DNA of 64,000 nt from a bacterium (GCA_009991595.1 JAACVK010000030.1:11262-75261); one strand, 5' to 3'. Shown: positions 1 to 10,021, counted from the stretch's first letter. Numbers and translations: made by a program. Notes: generated by a model from the sequence alone, not told the origin.

Positions 1-232
1 ACACCTTTTTTAGACGTCGCACAACTCAACAGCAAAGAAAGCACAGAACAGACAAAAAACCCTTGAATAAAACGAAGTTGCATCTGCTAAGTATACGACT
101 CGAAACAAGAGTCAGAAAGTCACAGCCGTAGAAAATGCGTTAGGCTTCAGTTAGGTGGTGCAACGCACGAAAGCGTCCCGAGTGACGGGAAAATAGTTGA
201 CGTATACGTTAACGTTAGCTAAAAGCTTCAAT

Positions 233-718
233 ATGTGGACTATTGGAAAACTCGCAAAAAAAGCCAGCGTAACCCCTCGAACCATCCGATATTATGAAGA
301 ATTGGCTCTGATTCAACCTAAACTTCGAGGCGATAACCGCTTTCGATATTATGATGAAAGCCACTTTCTACGACTCAACACCATAAAGCTACTTCAATCC
401 CTTGGCTATGGCCTCAAAGACATTAGCGCCGCCCTAGCTCCTTTTGTGGACTCCGACGGACGCTGCTCGCCCACCGGACAAGAAATGTCTCAAAAAATCT
501 CCCTCTCCCTACTCAACGTTCGAAACGATCTTCTCTCTAAAAAAACTGAGATCGATACGGCCCTAAAAGGGATTGACGAGATGTCTCCCCAGCTCAAGGT
601 TTGCTTAGGCTGCACAGACTCTCAAACCTTAAGTGAATGCATAGGATGCACGAAAGGCCCTGAAGCTGTCATCCAAATGGCTCGCGAGCTTACAAGCGCA
701 CAAACCAACACGCACTAA
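233..718 (+). CDS. MerR family transcriptional regulator with a Cys-rich C-terminal tail (possible metal- or redox-sensing)
   Basis: N-terminus MWTIGKLAKKASVTPRTIRYYEELALI is the MerR HTH signature. The C-terminus carries CLGCTDSQTLSECIGCT. The track ORF opens on TTG at 197; the in-frame ATG at 233 gives the canonical MerR N-terminus. Confidence 0.7.
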   Translation: MWTIGKLAKKASVTPRTIRYYEELALIQPKLRGDNRFRYYDESHFLRLNTIKLLQSLGYGLKDISAALAPFVDSDGRCSPTGQEMSQKISLSLLNVRNDLLSKKTEIDTALKGIDEMSPQLKVCLGCTDSQTLSECIGCTKGPEAVIQMARELTSAQTNTH

Positions 719-766
719 CTTCATTTAGCTCTTTCGTAAGATTCGAGATCAGGCAAAAAGTCGAAT

Positions 767-2200
767 TTACCCGACGCTTCCCTCTAGCTTCAAATCCAGG
801 AGGCGATTGGCTTCGACCGCAAACTCCATGGGAAGTTGCTTAAAGACTTCTTCGCAATAACCATTGATGATTAGTTTGATGGCTTGCTCTTCATCGATGC
901 CTCGACTCTGAAGATAAAACAACTGATCAGCAGAAACTTTAGAAGCAGTCGCTTCGTGCTCCACCACAGCGGTTTTATTCTTCACATTGATCACCGGATA
1001 AGTGTTGGCCTCACAAGCGCCTCCAATCAAAAGTGAATCACACTGAGTGTGATTTCGAGCGTTCTCGGCCTTAGGACCAATAAAGACCTGGCCGCGATAG
1101 CTGTTCTGACTATGCCCAGTAGAGATTCCTTTGGAAACGATTCTAGAGCGGGTGTTTTTCCCTAGGTGCAACATCTTAGTGCCGGTATCAGCTTGCATAT
1201 AATCATTGGTGATAGCGACGGAATAGAATTCACCGATTGAATAATCACCCTCCAGAATACAGCTTGGGTATTTCCAAGTCACAGCAGAGCCTGTCTCTAC
1301 TTGAGTCCAAGAAATTTTAGAGTGATCACCCCGGCAAGCTCCACGCTTGGTTACAAAATTATAAACTCCACCTTTGCCGTTTTCGTCTCCGGCATACCAG
1401 TTTTGCACAGTCGTATATTTAATTTCAGCGCCTTCCATAGCCACGAGTTCCACAACGGCTGCGTGAAGTTGGTTCTCGTCGCGCATTGGAGCTGTGCAAC
1501 CCTCCAGATAAGTCACCTCGGCACCTTCATCGGCTATGATCAGTGTTCTTTCGAACTGACCCGTTCCACCGGCATTTATTCGAAAATAGGTCGACAGATC
1601 CAAAGGGCATTTAACACCTTTAGGAATGTAAACAAAAGAACCATCGCTAAAAACCGCACAATTAAGCGCAGAGTAAAAATTGTCCGCCATGGGAACAACT
1701 GAACCCAAATACTTTTTAATCAAATCAGGGTATTCGCGAATCGCTTCAGAAATGGGGCAAAAAATAACCCCATGCTCGGCAAGAGTTTCTTTGTGAGTCG
1801 TCACAATAGAGACGCTGTCAAACACCGCATCCACAGCAACTCCAGCCAGACGCTTTTGCTCGTCTAATGGAATCCCAAGCTTTTGATAAGCTTCGACCAG
1901 CTTCGGATCAACTTCATCAAGACTCTTTGGTCCATCTTCGGGCTTTTTAGGAGCGGAGTAATAACAAATCCCCTCAAAGTCGATAGGCTCATAGCTAACA
2001 TGAGCCCAGCTAGGCTCCTTCATCGTTAACCATTTTCGGTAAGCTTTTAAACGCCACTCAACCATCCATTCCGGCTCATTCTTTTTCGCCGAAATCATTC
2101 GAACAACGTTTTCATCCAGTCCGTTTGGAATTCTATCCTCACCAATGTCGGTCACAAAACCAAATTGAGAATAATCTTTTTTCTGATATTCCGTTACCAT
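767..2200 (-). CDS. sufB: Fe-S cluster assembly protein SufB
   Basis: 477 aa with SufB-typical motifs ([45 protein letters not shown]). ATG start overlaps the sufS stop by 7 nt. Confidence 0.93.
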   Translation of the reverse strand: MVTEYQKKDYSQFGFVTDIGEDRIPNGLDENVVRMISAKKNEPEWMVEWRLKAYRKWLTMKEPSWAHVSYEPIDFEGICYYSAPKKPEDGPKSLDEVDPKLVEAYQKLGIPLDEQKRLAGVAVDAVFDSVSIVTTHKETLAEHGVIFCPISEAIREYPDLIKKYLGSVVPMADNFYSALNCAVFSDGSFVYIPKGVKCPLDLSTYFRINAGGTGQFERTLIIADEGAEVTYLEGCTAPMRDENQLHAAVVELVAMEGAEIKYTTVQNWYAGDENGKGGVYNFVTKRGACRGDHSKISWTQVETGSAVTWKYPSCILEGDYSIGEFYSVAITNDYMQADTGTKMLHLGKNTRSRIVSKGISTGHSQNSYRGQVFIGPKAENARNHTQCDSLLIGGACEANTYPVINVKNKTAVVEHEATASKVSADQLFYLQSRGIDEEQAIKLIINGYCEEVFKQLPMEFAVEANRLLDLKLEGSVG

Positions 2201-3792
2201 ATGCCTAAAACCTCTTTAGCCTCTTCGCTGGCCATTTCTTTTGGATTCCACTTTGGTTCCCAAACAAGCTTCACTTCAGCTTGCTTGACGCCAGGGTGAG
2301 AAGCGACCCTGTCCTTAACCTGCGCAACTAAAACACCTGCCACAGGACAACCTGGCGACGTTAAAGTCATATCCACTACTACACTATCTTCAGCTTGAAA
2401 CTTAATGTCATAAATCAAACCTAAATCCACTAAACTCATTTTCAGTTCCGGATCTTCCACATCCCGCAACCATTCCATAAGGACTTCTTTACTAATGTCT
2501 TGAATATTTTTTTTTGTTTCAGATTTCTTTTTCGAAGAACGAGTTTTTCTTTTTCTAAAAAACTCCAAAGCATCAGCTAGTCTATCAAAGAAAAAATCAA
2601 CTTCTTCTAAATTATTGTAAATTCCTAAGCTCACACGACAAGAGCCCGTTTCGCCCATCATTCGATGCAAGGGTTCTGCGCAATGATGCCCTACCCGTAT
2701 ACAAATATTATCCTGGTCTAAAAATGTCGCCAGATCGTTCACATGAACATCTTCAAAAACTAAACTATAATTTTGAATGCGTTCCTCGGAGCTAAAGGGT
2801 CCTAAAAGAGCAACGCCCTCAACCTCGGCAAGACGAGCAAGGAAGTGCTCCCCCAAGGCACTCATATGTCTTTCAAGGGACTTCATGGAATAGGCATCTA
2901 GAAAGTCGGCCGCTTCGGCCCAGGCTATCGCAGCAGGAAAGTTAGGAGTCCCTGCCTCGAACTTCCAAGGCAAATCGTTCCAAGAGCTCAACAAGTCTCG
3001 CACCTCTGAGATCATTTCTCCACCAAGCTGATAAGGCTTCATAGCCTCTAAAAGCTCGGTGCGTCCCCAAAGTGCTCCCACACCAGTAGGTCCATACATT
3101 TTATGAGAAGAAAAAGCAACAAAGTCTAAATTCTTGTTCTTCGACAGATTCAACTTAAAGTGACCAACAGCCTGAGCCGCATCTACAACTGTGACTACGC
3201 CATGTTCTCGACAAAAAGCGGTGATCTCTTCAACCGGATTAATCACACCCGTCACATTGCTCACCCAGGGGAAAGCAAAGACCTTTGGTTTTTCTTCAAC
3301 GATCAGTGCCTTCAAAGCCTCCATATCAAGGCGGCCATCGGGATGAAGTTCGGCAATTCTAAACTTGGCCCCCTTTTCTCGAGCTAAATATTGCCAGGGA
3401 ACAAAGTTCGAGTGATGGTCCATTCGACTTACGACAATCAGCTCCCCGATACGAACATTGTCTCGACCCCAAGAATGGGCCACCAAATTAATAGCCTCGG
3501 TGGTTCCTCGGGTAAAAATCAAATGCCCTTGGGCCGAATCCGCTCCGATAAACTTTAACAGTCGCGCGCGAGAGTCTTCATAAGCCTTAGTCGCACCTTG
3601 TGCGAGCTTGTAGACACCTCTATGCACGTTGGCATTCAAACTCGAATAAATCTGAGCTTCTTTTTCAATAACAGAAGCTGGCTTTTGAGTGGTCGCACCG
3701 CTATCAAAATAACGAATGCCCTTTCCGTCATAGGCCTTCGTCAGATACGGAAACTGTTTACGAAGCTCGGAAATGTTAAATTCTTTAGACAT
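2194..3792 (-). CDS. sufS: SufS-type cysteine desulfurase fused to a C-terminal DUF59/SufT(MIP18)-like Fe-S assembly domain
   Basis: The N-terminal ~410 aa is a class V aminotransferase/SufS (PLP-Lys motif [15 protein letters not shown]; active-site Cys loop [11 protein letters not shown]). A Lys/Ser-rich linker ([15 protein letters not shown]) follows. The last ~100 aa match the DUF59 signature ([34 protein letters not shown]). Confidence 0.85.
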   Translation of the reverse strand: MSKEFNISELRKQFPYLTKAYDGKGIRYFDSGATTQKPASVIEKEAQIYSSLNANVHRGVYKLAQGATKAYEDSRARLLKFIGADSAQGHLIFTRGTTEAINLVAHSWGRDNVRIGELIVVSRMDHHSNFVPWQYLAREKGAKFRIAELHPDGRLDMEALKALIVEEKPKVFAFPWVSNVTGVINPVEEITAFCREHGVVTVVDAAQAVGHFKLNLSKNKNLDFVAFSSHKMYGPTGVGALWGRTELLEAMKPYQLGGEMISEVRDLLSSWNDLPWKFEAGTPNFPAAIAWAEAADFLDAYSMKSLERHMSALGEHFLARLAEVEGVALLGPFSSEERIQNYSLVFEDVHVNDLATFLDQDNICIRVGHHCAEPLHRMMGETGSCRVSLGIYNNLEEVDFFFDRLADALEFFRKRKTRSSKKKSETKKNIQDISKEVLMEWLRDVEDPELKMSLVDLGLIYDIKFQAEDSVVVDMTLTSPGCPVAGVLVAQVKDRVASHPGVKQAEVKLVWEPKWNPKEMASEEAKEVLGIW

Positions 3793-3800
3793 AAAGCTCT

Positions 3801-4964
3801 TTAGAGGAAATCTCCCTCATCTCCTAAGTATCTATTTCTGACAGATCCTAAAGGAATTTCAGAGAGCACCGTATACCCAAAAGCATCCACCAAGATCTTT
3901 TCAGAGGTCGGTCCGTCGATGCCACGACTTTGCAGATAAAACAATTGATCTGAATCCAAAGAAGCAATCGTCGCTCCGTGAGAACACTTTACATCATCAG
4001 TAGAGATTTCCAATTTAGGCATTGAATGGACTTGAGCCTTGTCGGAGAGCAGAAGGTTTTTGTTGCTTTGATAGGCTTGCGTGTAAAGCCCCTCTATTCC
4101 GATATCAATGTTTCCGTTAAAAACCACAATGGCTTCATCTTCGAGGACATTCCAAACCTTGGTGTCAGAAGTTGTGTTTTTAACATTGTGATAGTTTTGA
4201 GCCCAAATGTCGATTGCGTCCTTATTCTGCGCCCTCACTCCAAGCTTAACTTCTGAGTGACCTCCTTCACCAGCAACAATACACTCCACACGATGCTGTC
4301 CGCGTGAGGCCCCTTTATGGTAACCCCAATAGGACAAAGTTGAATTCTTTCCAACCACGGCACTATGCCTGAACGCGAAGGCCGTAGAAGTCGTCAAAGA
4401 TTGATCGATGAAAAACTTTACGCGACTTTCATCGGCAATTTCAAAGTGAAGAATGCTAACAAAAGAACTTTTGTGGTCATTCGCCTTCTTTTCGTTGGAG
4501 AGATCATTGTGAATAACTAAATCAACCTGCTCGGCAACTTCGATCACACAACGATGAATGGTGGTAGGAACACCCGAAGCGACTACATCACTCAATCGTA
4601 ATACTTTTTTAGAATTAAAACCGCGAGGCACTTTAACAACAAGTGTCTTTTCTTCGCCAATCAACCCGCAAAAGAAGTCATCCTTAAATTTTTCAAAGAC
4701 GGGCCTGGCCTCGACGGACAACTGAACTCCCTTGAAGTCTTTGTCTTCGAGAACTTGGGGTTTGGCATAAGCACCCTGAAGCAACACCCGCAAGCCTTGA
4801 TCGGCGTCAATACTAGACCAATCTTCAGGCAACACTTCTTTTAAAACAGTCGTGCTATCTTGCTTCGTCCAAGCCACGTCTCTTAAAGAAACGTAACGAT
4901 AGTTTTCATCTTTAGCGGTCGGTAACTGAAGCTCAACCATTCGAAGCTCCTGCAAACTCATCAT
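3801..4964 (-). CDS. sufD: Fe-S cluster assembly protein SufD
   Basis: SufB/SufD family C-terminal motif ([13 protein letters not shown]). The track ORF opens on TTG at 5015. In-frame ATGs lie at 4964, 4961 and 4940, and the last overlaps the sufC stop by 8 nt. Start is uncertain by up to ~25 codons. Confidence 0.82.
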   Translation of the reverse strand: MMSLQELRMVELQLPTAKDENYRYVSLRDVAWTKQDSTTVLKEVLPEDWSSIDADQGLRVLLQGAYAKPQVLEDKDFKGVQLSVEARPVFEKFKDDFFCGLIGEEKTLVVKVPRGFNSKKVLRLSDVVASGVPTTIHRCVIEVAEQVDLVIHNDLSNEKKANDHKSSFVSILHFEIADESRVKFFIDQSLTTSTAFAFRHSAVVGKNSTLSYWGYHKGASRGQHRVECIVAGEGGHSEVKLGVRAQNKDAIDIWAQNYHNVKNTTSDTKVWNVLEDEAIVVFNGNIDIGIEGLYTQAYQSNKNLLLSDKAQVHSMPKLEISTDDVKCSHGATIASLDSDQLFYLQSRGIDGPTSEKILVDAFGYTVLSEIPLGSVRNRYLGDEGDFL

Positions 4965-5685
4965 AGCCTCGGCTCTCAAGATCGAGCGCCAAGGAAGCGC
5001 CTCCACTTTTAACAATCTTACCTTTGATCATAACGTGGACTTGATCAGGCTTAATGTATTCGAGAAGTCTTTGGTAATGGGTAATCAAAAGAATACCTCG
5101 GTCAGGAGAACGAAGACTGTTAATTTTTTCAGCCACTAATTTTAAGGCATCAATATCTAGACCTGAATCCGTTTCGTCCATAATGGCAACCTTCGGTTGC
5201 AACAATTGCATCTGAAGAGTCTCAATGCGTTTTTTCTCTCCACCGCTAAACCCTTCATTCAAGGAACGGGATAAAAAGTCATCAGGAACATTCAAAGCAG
5301 TAGCCTCGGACTTAATCAATTTACGCAATTCCTTCTTAGGGATTTCTTCTCCACGAACAAAGCCCAAGCTGGTTCGCAAAAAATTACCCAAAGAAACTCC
5401 CGGCACGGCCACCGGATACTGAAAGCCTAGAAAAAGCCTTTTCTTCGCTCGTTCGTCCGGACTACACTCTGTAATGTCTTCACCATCGAGAATAACCTTA
5501 CCGGCTAAAACCGTATAGGCAGGGTGGCCCATTAAAGAATTTGCGAGTGTCGTTTTACCCGAACCATTTCGACCCATGATGGCGTGAACCTCACCCGCCT
5601 TAATCGACAACGAAAGATCGTTCACAATCTTTTTATCTTCAACACTAACTTCTAGATTCTTAACTTCAAAAATTGTTTTACTCAT
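4933..5685 (-). CDS. sufC: Fe-S cluster assembly ATPase SufC
   Basis: Walker A GRNGSGKTT, ABC signature LNEGFSGGEKKR, Walker B ILDETDSGLD. ATG start at 5685 with a GGAAG RBS. Confidence 0.93.
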   Translation of the reverse strand: MSKTIFEVKNLEVSVEDKKIVNDLSLSIKAGEVHAIMGRNGSGKTTLANSLMGHPAYTVLAGKVILDGEDITECSPDERAKKRLFLGFQYPVAVPGVSLGNFLRTSLGFVRGEEIPKKELRKLIKSEATALNVPDDFLSRSLNEGFSGGEKKRIETLQMQLLQPKVAIMDETDSGLDIDALKLVAEKINSLRSPDRGILLITHYQRLLEYIKPDQVHVMIKGKIVKSGGASLALDLESRGYDEFAGASNG

Positions 5686-5694
5686 AACACTTCC

Positions 5695-6186
5695 TTACGC
5701 AAATTTTTCAAACAAACGGTCGAACCGTTTAGCTGCTACATCCTTAATTTTTATTCTGAGCATTTCTGGTCCCAACAAAAGATCGGAGAGAAAAATATCA
5801 TCTAGCATTTGATCAAAACCAGTAAACAGAAACTTCCACAAAGGCTGAACACTGGGCCGATTCGTTGAGGCGCCCTTTTCATTGGTCCCACCATAAGCCT
5901 GGCAAAATTCTCCGTTAAACTGCTTTTTATCTTGAAGAGCGGCAAGAACCAAAGACACCGGCACAGTTGCCGAGTCTAAAGCCAATCTGAAGCCCCCTTT
6001 GGAGCCTCTTTGAGACACCACCAACTTAGATTTCTTAAACAAATGAAGAATTTTAGAGGCATACTCCGCAGAAATGCCCTCAGCGCGAGCTATCTCAGCA
6101 GCGCTGACGCTATCCTTGCCCTCGCTCAGTCGTAGCAGTGAAAGCGCTACACGAAGGCCGTATTCCTCAAGTGACGAGATCCTCAT
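5695..6186 (-). CDS. Rrf2 family transcriptional regulator (IscR/SufR-like position, only one Cys)
   Basis: 163 aa with Rrf2-like N-terminal wHTH (MRISSLEEYGLRVALSLL ... SQRGSKGGFRLA). It is the first gene of the suf operon. The product has a single Cys, so the three-Cys IscR ligand set is absent. Confidence 0.75.
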   Translation of the reverse strand: MRISSLEEYGLRVALSLLRLSEGKDSVSAAEIARAEGISAEYASKILHLFKKSKLVVSQRGSKGGFRLALDSATVPVSLVLAALQDKKQFNGEFCQAYGGTNEKGASTNRPSVQPLWKFLFTGFDQMLDDIFLSDLLLGPEMLRIKIKDVAAKRFDRLFEKFA

Positions 6187-6260
6187 ATTGCGGTTTTATA
6201 GTCCAAGCCAGAGACCATACAATACTAAATGGTATTAATTCTACGTAAGAGTCCCCAAAA

Positions 6261-7292
6261 CTATTTAATAGCATCAACAGTAAGACGAAGCGGCAGGTGG
6301 TCAGAAACCCCACCCTCCTTAAAGCCCGAAGCGCTCCAACCCCAAGGCTTATCGCCCTTTAGCTGCTCAGAGATTTCAGTCACTAACTCGACACTTTCGG
6401 AGTTATAGCTCCAACGCTCTCCCTCAGGGGCTTTAACTAGAATCACGTCAAGGAATGACCACGACTTCCCGGAATTCCAATAATAGCTACCTTTGCATTG
6501 CTTACAGCCTTCAAGATGAGACACCAGCCACTTGTTCTTCCAATATTTTTGATTGTAGGAGCGTTTGCTTAACTCATCAGAAGGAATATTAAAATCTCCC
6601 GCAACCAGAGCCAGTTGGCTCTTAGGGACCAGTTTTTTACTGAGCGAATTGATGAACTCCAAAGCATCAGCTCTGTAGCGCCACGAATGAAACGGCGCTG
6701 GCAAATGAACCCCAAATACACTCACCTTAAAGCCGTCTCCATTTAAACGGACGTAAAGAATCTCTCTAGAGTCTTCACGTAAATTCTTTTTGGCACTTTT
6801 AAAGGGAATCTTATAGAGCTTAGTCTCATCATCGGGCTTCAACCGACTCAGCATTGCAACATCAATCCCGCGCTTGTCCGAGCTTTCCTGGTGGATGATG
6901 TAAGGGAAAGGCTTTTTTAGAATTCGGTTGAGATCCTCTAAAACTCTTAGGTTCTCAACTTCCTGCAAGACCAAAACATCCAAATTTTTTTTAGCTTCAC
7001 TCCCATCAATCACCTCGGCAAGGCGCTTTAATTTTAAGCCGTATTGGGCCGCATCCCAGTTCAAATAGTAACAATCGTAAGCCCAAGAAACATTTTTAAC
7101 TTTCATGCACTTTTTCACATGAGCAAGATTTTGCTTATCTTTAAAAGGCAAATAAGTCTCGTCGGACTTCCCCTCATCATCCAAGGTATCAAAAAGATTC
7201 TCAACGTTGTAGGTCATCAACGACAACGTCGAGGCCGAGGCAATCAAAACACCAAAATGGAAAACAAAGATCGCCGCAAAAAGCCTTTTCAT
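6261..7292 (-). CDS. secreted endonuclease/exonuclease/phosphatase (EEP, DNase I-like) family protein
   Basis: Signal peptide MKRLFAAIFVFHFGVLIASA. EEP motifs LSLMTYNVENLFD, LVLQEVEN and C-terminal SDHLPLRL. Confidence 0.75.
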   Translation of the reverse strand: MKRLFAAIFVFHFGVLIASASTLSLMTYNVENLFDTLDDEGKSDETYLPFKDKQNLAHVKKCMKVKNVSWAYDCYYLNWDAAQYGLKLKRLAEVIDGSEAKKNLDVLVLQEVENLRVLEDLNRILKKPFPYIIHQESSDKRGIDVAMLSRLKPDDETKLYKIPFKSAKKNLREDSREILYVRLNGDGFKVSVFGVHLPAPFHSWRYRADALEFINSLSKKLVPKSQLALVAGDFNIPSDELSKRSYNQKYWKNKWLVSHLEGCKQCKGSYYWNSGKSWSFLDVILVKAPEGERWSYNSESVELVTEISEQLKGDKPWGWSASGFKEGGVSDHLPLRLTVDAIK

Positions 7293-7295
7293 AGA

Positions 7296-8507
7296 TTACT
7301 GACGAGCCTCAGAAGGGCGCTCGTCGGCTTGAACTTCCAATGAAGTGAGAATCCATCCACCCCCAAGACAAACTTCTCCATCATAAAAGACACAGGCTTG
7401 GCCTGGAGTGATGGCTCTTTGGGGTTTCTCAAAACGAACCTCCACAGCATTGTCTCCCATCATTTTTACAGAGGCCCGCGCAGTTTCAGCACGATATCGA
7501 ATTTTAACATCCATCCAACGAGCTTTCTCCAGCTTTGGAGCCACGATCCAGTTGACCTGTCCAACCACCAATCCAGCCTTTTCCAGCTCTCTAGAAGGCC
7601 CCAAATGAACATGCCGACGAACTGGATCGATTTTGGTCACATAGAAATCTTCAGTGTTAGCGATGCCCATTTTGGAAGCTAGGTCCAAAGCGGCACCTAG
7701 TCCCTTTCTCTGCCCAACAGTGAAATTGTGAATGCCCTCATGATTACCAAGAACAATTCCTTTACCCGTAACAATAAGTCCCTCATGTCTTTGACTTTCA
7801 GGCGTGCGCTCTTCGATGAATTTTTTATAGTTGTTACCCGGAACAAAACAGATTTCTTGGCTGTCTGGCTTATCGGCCACTGGGAGTTTATGAGTCTTTG
7901 CCAACTGACGAACTTTTTCTTTTTTCATTCCGCCAACTGGAAATAAAGTTTTTTCTAATTGTCGTTGAGTTAAATTAAACAAAAAGTAGCTCTGATCTTT
8001 ATCGTGATCCTCGCCTCGAAGTAAGCAGTAGCCAAGACCTTCATCAAAAGACTTTCGAACATAGTGGCCAGTGGCAATGTAATCTGTTCCGAGTTCCAAA
8101 GCCTTTCTAAAAAAGGAATTGAATTTCACCTTGGTGTTACACATCACACACGGGTTTGGTGTTCGCCCCTGAAGATATTCAGCAACAAAATAATCAACAA
8201 CCTGCCCATCAAAAGACTTTTCGGTATCTACTACATAAAATGGAATGCCGATCGACTCAGCAACTCTCCGAGCGTCTTCCATGTCCTGCAAAGAACAACA
8301 AGTCCCTGATTCTTCTTCACTGCGATACTTAGAATAGTCAGTTACTTGCAAGGCAAGGCCAATAACGTCATACCCTTGCTCTTTTAAAATTAAAGCTGCG
8401 ACGGAGGAATCAACTCCTCCAGACATGGCAACAACAACCGACTTTCCATCTCCGGGTCGTTCTCTAGAGAGAATGGAAGCTCCATAACCTGTCTTTTTAA
8501 CTGCCAT
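7296..8507 (-). CDS. mnmA: tRNA-specific 2-thiouridylase MnmA
   Basis: PP-loop VAMSGGVDSSVAA and MnmA catalytic Cys motifs (GTCCSLQD, NPCVMCN). The track ORF opens on TTG at 8543; the ATG at 8507 is preceded by AAGGA at -9. Confidence 0.9.
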   Translation of the reverse strand: MAVKKTGYGASILSRERPGDGKSVVVAMSGGVDSSVAALILKEQGYDVIGLALQVTDYSKYRSEEESGTCCSLQDMEDARRVAESIGIPFYVVDTEKSFDGQVVDYFVAEYLQGRTPNPCVMCNTKVKFNSFFRKALELGTDYIATGHYVRKSFDEGLGYCLLRGEDHDKDQSYFLFNLTQRQLEKTLFPVGGMKKEKVRQLAKTHKLPVADKPDSQEICFVPGNNYKKFIEERTPESQRHEGLIVTGKGIVLGNHEGIHNFTVGQRKGLGAALDLASKMGIANTEDFYVTKIDPVRRHVHLGPSRELEKAGLVVGQVNWIVAPKLEKARWMDVKIRYRAETARASVKMMGDNAVEVRFEKPQRAITPGQACVFYDGEVCLGGGWILTSLEVQADERPSEARQ

Positions 8508-8517
8508 AAACTTGTCC

Positions 8518-9837
8518 TTACTCCAGCGGGGAGCCTTCTCCAATGCGCCCTAAATTGGGCAACAATTCATCGGCCATTTTTTGGGCACCTCGAACCTGTT
8601 CAATCACGGATTTAAGTTCCTTAAGAAGACCATCCACGTCTTCTTGAACGGTTTCCGTTCCAAGACTAATTCTAATCGAAGAGCGCGCAATGTCTTCAGG
8701 AAAACCCATTTTCGATAAAACCGCAGAGGGCTTCACAGACCCAGAGTTACAAGCGGCTCCACTGGAAACAAAAACTTTTCGCAAGTCTAAGCCCATTAGA
8801 AGCGACTCATCCGGACACTGTTTAGCTGATAGATTTAGTGTGTTGCAAAGCCTAAGGTTGGAGGCTGAAGTCGAGTTAAACTTAACCCCTGGTATTTTAG
8901 CAATCTCACGCTCCAAATACTCCGTCAGCTTTGCCATTTTTTCTCGGTAGATGGCGCCATTGTCCATCCAATCACGCACAGCTAACAGAAAGCCATACAC
9001 ACCAATCATATTGTGGGTTCCAGCTCTGCGCTTCTTTTCTTGGGAACCACCAAACAAAATCGGGTGATAGGGACTTGATCCCCGGATCCACAAAGCACCA
9101 ATGCCCATTGGACCGCCAATCTTGTGAGCCGAAAGAACCATATAATCGGCAAAGTGAAGAGGCTTTCGAATGTCTGATTCGTCGATCTTCCCTAAGGCTT
9201 GAGCGGCGTCTAAAAGATACCAAATCCTTTGGGGAGTGTGGGGAAACTTCCCACCCTTTTTCTTAGGAAGTTTCGTTAAAGGCTTTGAGCCATATTCGGC
9301 GAGTAATTTGCTTTGAAAGGAGAAATCAAAACACATACCTGTTTCGTTATTCGCCACTTGAAGAGCAAACAATACGTCGGCCTTATCATCGGAGAGAACT
9401 CGCTCTATTTGTTGAGCAATAAAATCCTGGTCTAGCTGACCGTTGAGACAAACAGGTATTTCAACGCACTCCACATCAATCAAATCAGCAACCGTATTAT
9501 GAACCGCAGAGTGCTCTATGGCAGAATAGAAAAGCACGGGCTTGCGACCGAGATCCTTACGATTGCGAACAAAGCCCCTTAAAACACTATTAATTCCTTC
9601 GGTCGCTCCCGAGTTAAAAACAACTTCAGAGTCATTCCGCAAACCCAGCCATTGGCAAAGCGATTCACGAAGTTCAAATAAAACTCTTTTTGCAATTCGG
9701 CCCCGCCCATGAACACTCATTGGGTTTGAGAAAAAATCGGTGGCTCCCTGAAGCTTTTCACACAATCCCTCTCGAACAGATTTGAGAAGTGGATGACTAG
9801 CGTTGTGGTCGAAGAAAAGTTCCTTATTATTAATCAC
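8518..9837 (-). CDS. cysteine desulfurase (IscS/NifS-like class V aminotransferase)
   Basis: PLP-Lys motif SAHKIGGPMGIGALW and C-terminal active-site Cys region (SSGAACNSGS). It sits directly upstream of mnmA, which fits a sulfur relay for tRNA thiolation. Confidence 0.85.
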   Translation of the reverse strand: MINNKELFFDHNASHPLLKSVREGLCEKLQGATDFFSNPMSVHGRGRIAKRVLFELRESLCQWLGLRNDSEVVFNSGATEGINSVLRGFVRNRKDLGRKPVLFYSAIEHSAVHNTVADLIDVECVEIPVCLNGQLDQDFIAQQIERVLSDDKADVLFALQVANNETGMCFDFSFQSKLLAEYGSKPLTKLPKKKGGKFPHTPQRIWYLLDAAQALGKIDESDIRKPLHFADYMVLSAHKIGGPMGIGALWIRGSSPYHPILFGGSQEKKRRAGTHNMIGVYGFLLAVRDWMDNGAIYREKMAKLTEYLEREIAKIPGVKFNSTSASNLRLCNTLNLSAKQCPDESLLMGLDLRKVFVSSGAACNSGSVKPSAVLSKMGFPEDIARSSIRISLGTETVQEDVDGLLKELKSVIEQVRGAQKMADELLPNLGRIGEGSPLE

Positions 9838-10004
9838 ATAAGGTTTTTATTAAGATGAAGGCAGTGTGTCAAGGCGAGAAGTCAAACGCAGATGCTTCAG
9901 CGCAACTACAAAGGACCAAGGGAGGCTCAAGCTAAAACTCTATGCAATTAACTTTATTCACATTTTTAGGCCAACTCTAAATCCGTGCTCAAATTACGAT
10001 GCAG

Positions 10005-10021
10005 GCGGCAAAGTTTGCCGC
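10005..10021. promoter_or_regulatory. perfect 17-bp palindrome GCGGCAAAGTTTGCCGC about 60 bp upstream of htpX (operator, attenuator or terminator hairpin)
   Basis: Read directly from the sequence. 8-bp arms around a central G, followed by AACTTTTCG. No + strand gene ends upstream of it. Confidence 0.3.

Noticed and set aside
1301-1702. A 133-aa + strand ORF inside sufB. There are many similar short antisense or overlapping ORFs in the track (e.g. 3160-3387, 4026-4256, 8690-9266, 16871-17176, 27370-28148, 47820-48203, 57184-57497).
   Set aside because: They are fully embedded in, or antisense to, strongly supported genes. They have no RBS context or family motifs, and their composition is typical of random reading through coding DNA. 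They were treated as spurious.
6187-6260. An Rrf2/IscR-type operator in the leader of the rrf2-suf operon
   Set aside because: The segment ACCATAC..TGGTAT is complementary but not inverted, so it is not a true palindrome. It also does not fit the IscR type-1 or type-2 consensus spacing.
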